The notes beneath the pieces are model-generated. The model worked only from the letters and a program-made list of their open reading frames with translations, made no database searches and was not told where the DNA came from. From Vicugna vicugna (lineage: Eukaryota): a stretch of 64,000 bases of DNA. The position numbers and the translations under genes were made by a program. Every line of letters begins with the position of its first letter. Positions within the stretch are counted from its first letter, which is position 1. Below, piece after piece: positions 63,572 through 64,000 of this stretch. The stretch covers positions 4,835,146 through 4,899,145 of the forward strand of contig MU061579.1 of the NCBI GenBank assembly GCA_013265495.1. The letters are read 5' to 3'.

Positions 63572-64000
63572 TGTTGGGAATCAGAGCAGGCCACCTCAAA
63601 ATATACAAAAGTGGCATATTGATTATTTTGAATTACAGTTACTTGAGAAACAGCCAGTGCAGGAAGAACCCTCTGACCCTCCTCTGAAAACAAGAAAAAA
63701 AAAATTCCCATGTGAAAGGTACCCTACCTGCAGCAGGAGGTAGAAAGTGAGACTTGCCAGAGACGGGGAATTCAAGGCTTAGAGGCTTTGTAAACAAATT
63801 CTGCTTAAATGTTTCACTCTTAGCACCCAAGCTCAAGTGTCTTTGTTAATTCTTCACAGATGATTGTTTCTTTGTCTGGAAGGTGTAAAAGCTGCCTGCT
63901 TTGGTCACTTCTTTGGTACCATATCTGTGAGACCTCCATATGTACAAAATTAAATTTGATATTCTTCCATTAATATGTCTTATGTCAATTTAATTATTAG
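63572..64000 (+). mobile_element. MER34-group ERV1 LTR, running off the window end
   Basis: tgttgggaatcagagcaggccacctcaaaatatacaaaagtggcatattgattattttgaatt…gtaaaagctgcctgctttggtcacttctttgg…ttaatatgtcttatgtcaatttaattattag. Confidence 0.65.

Noticed and set aside
1..64000. The remaining 60-120 aa ORFs as host genes; CRISPR arrays or prokaryotic systems
   Set aside because: The ORFs show low-complexity AT-rich composition or overlap repeats and have no recognisable domains. The DNA is mammalian and no repeat-spacer array was seen.

Overview
This is gene-poor, AT-rich mammalian genomic DNA, probably camelid (inferred from tRNA-Ala-derived SINEs and the L1 3' UTR style). No intact host gene is evident, and the window is dominated by transposable elements. 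The main feature is a minus-strand class I (gammaretrovirus-like) endogenous retrovirus at 10646-16495. It has two ~414-bp LTRs, a 4-bp AGGC target-site duplication, a tRNA-Thr PBS and a PPT; gag is degenerate, pol lacks almost all of PR/RT/RNase H, and env lacks SU. Inside its capsid gene is a 434-bp spliced, circularly permuted fragment of host ATXN7 (ataxin-7). The end of a downstream coding exon (…QAFQSHY) is joined to an upstream 5'-UTR-like exon, and the insert starts and ends at the same K(P/L)QA-coding microhomology shared with gag. This is the structure expected if the viral reverse transcriptase copied one full turn of a circular RNA (circATXN7). Elsewhere there is an L1 ORF2 fragment truncated at both ends (29311-31303), a three-level nest (MER34-like LTR > older ERV1 provirus > 954-bp insertion; 55775-60804), a local inverted duplication, and many old L1/L2/MIR/MLT/MER fragments. 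Family names and ATXN7 exon boundaries are from recall, not from database searches.
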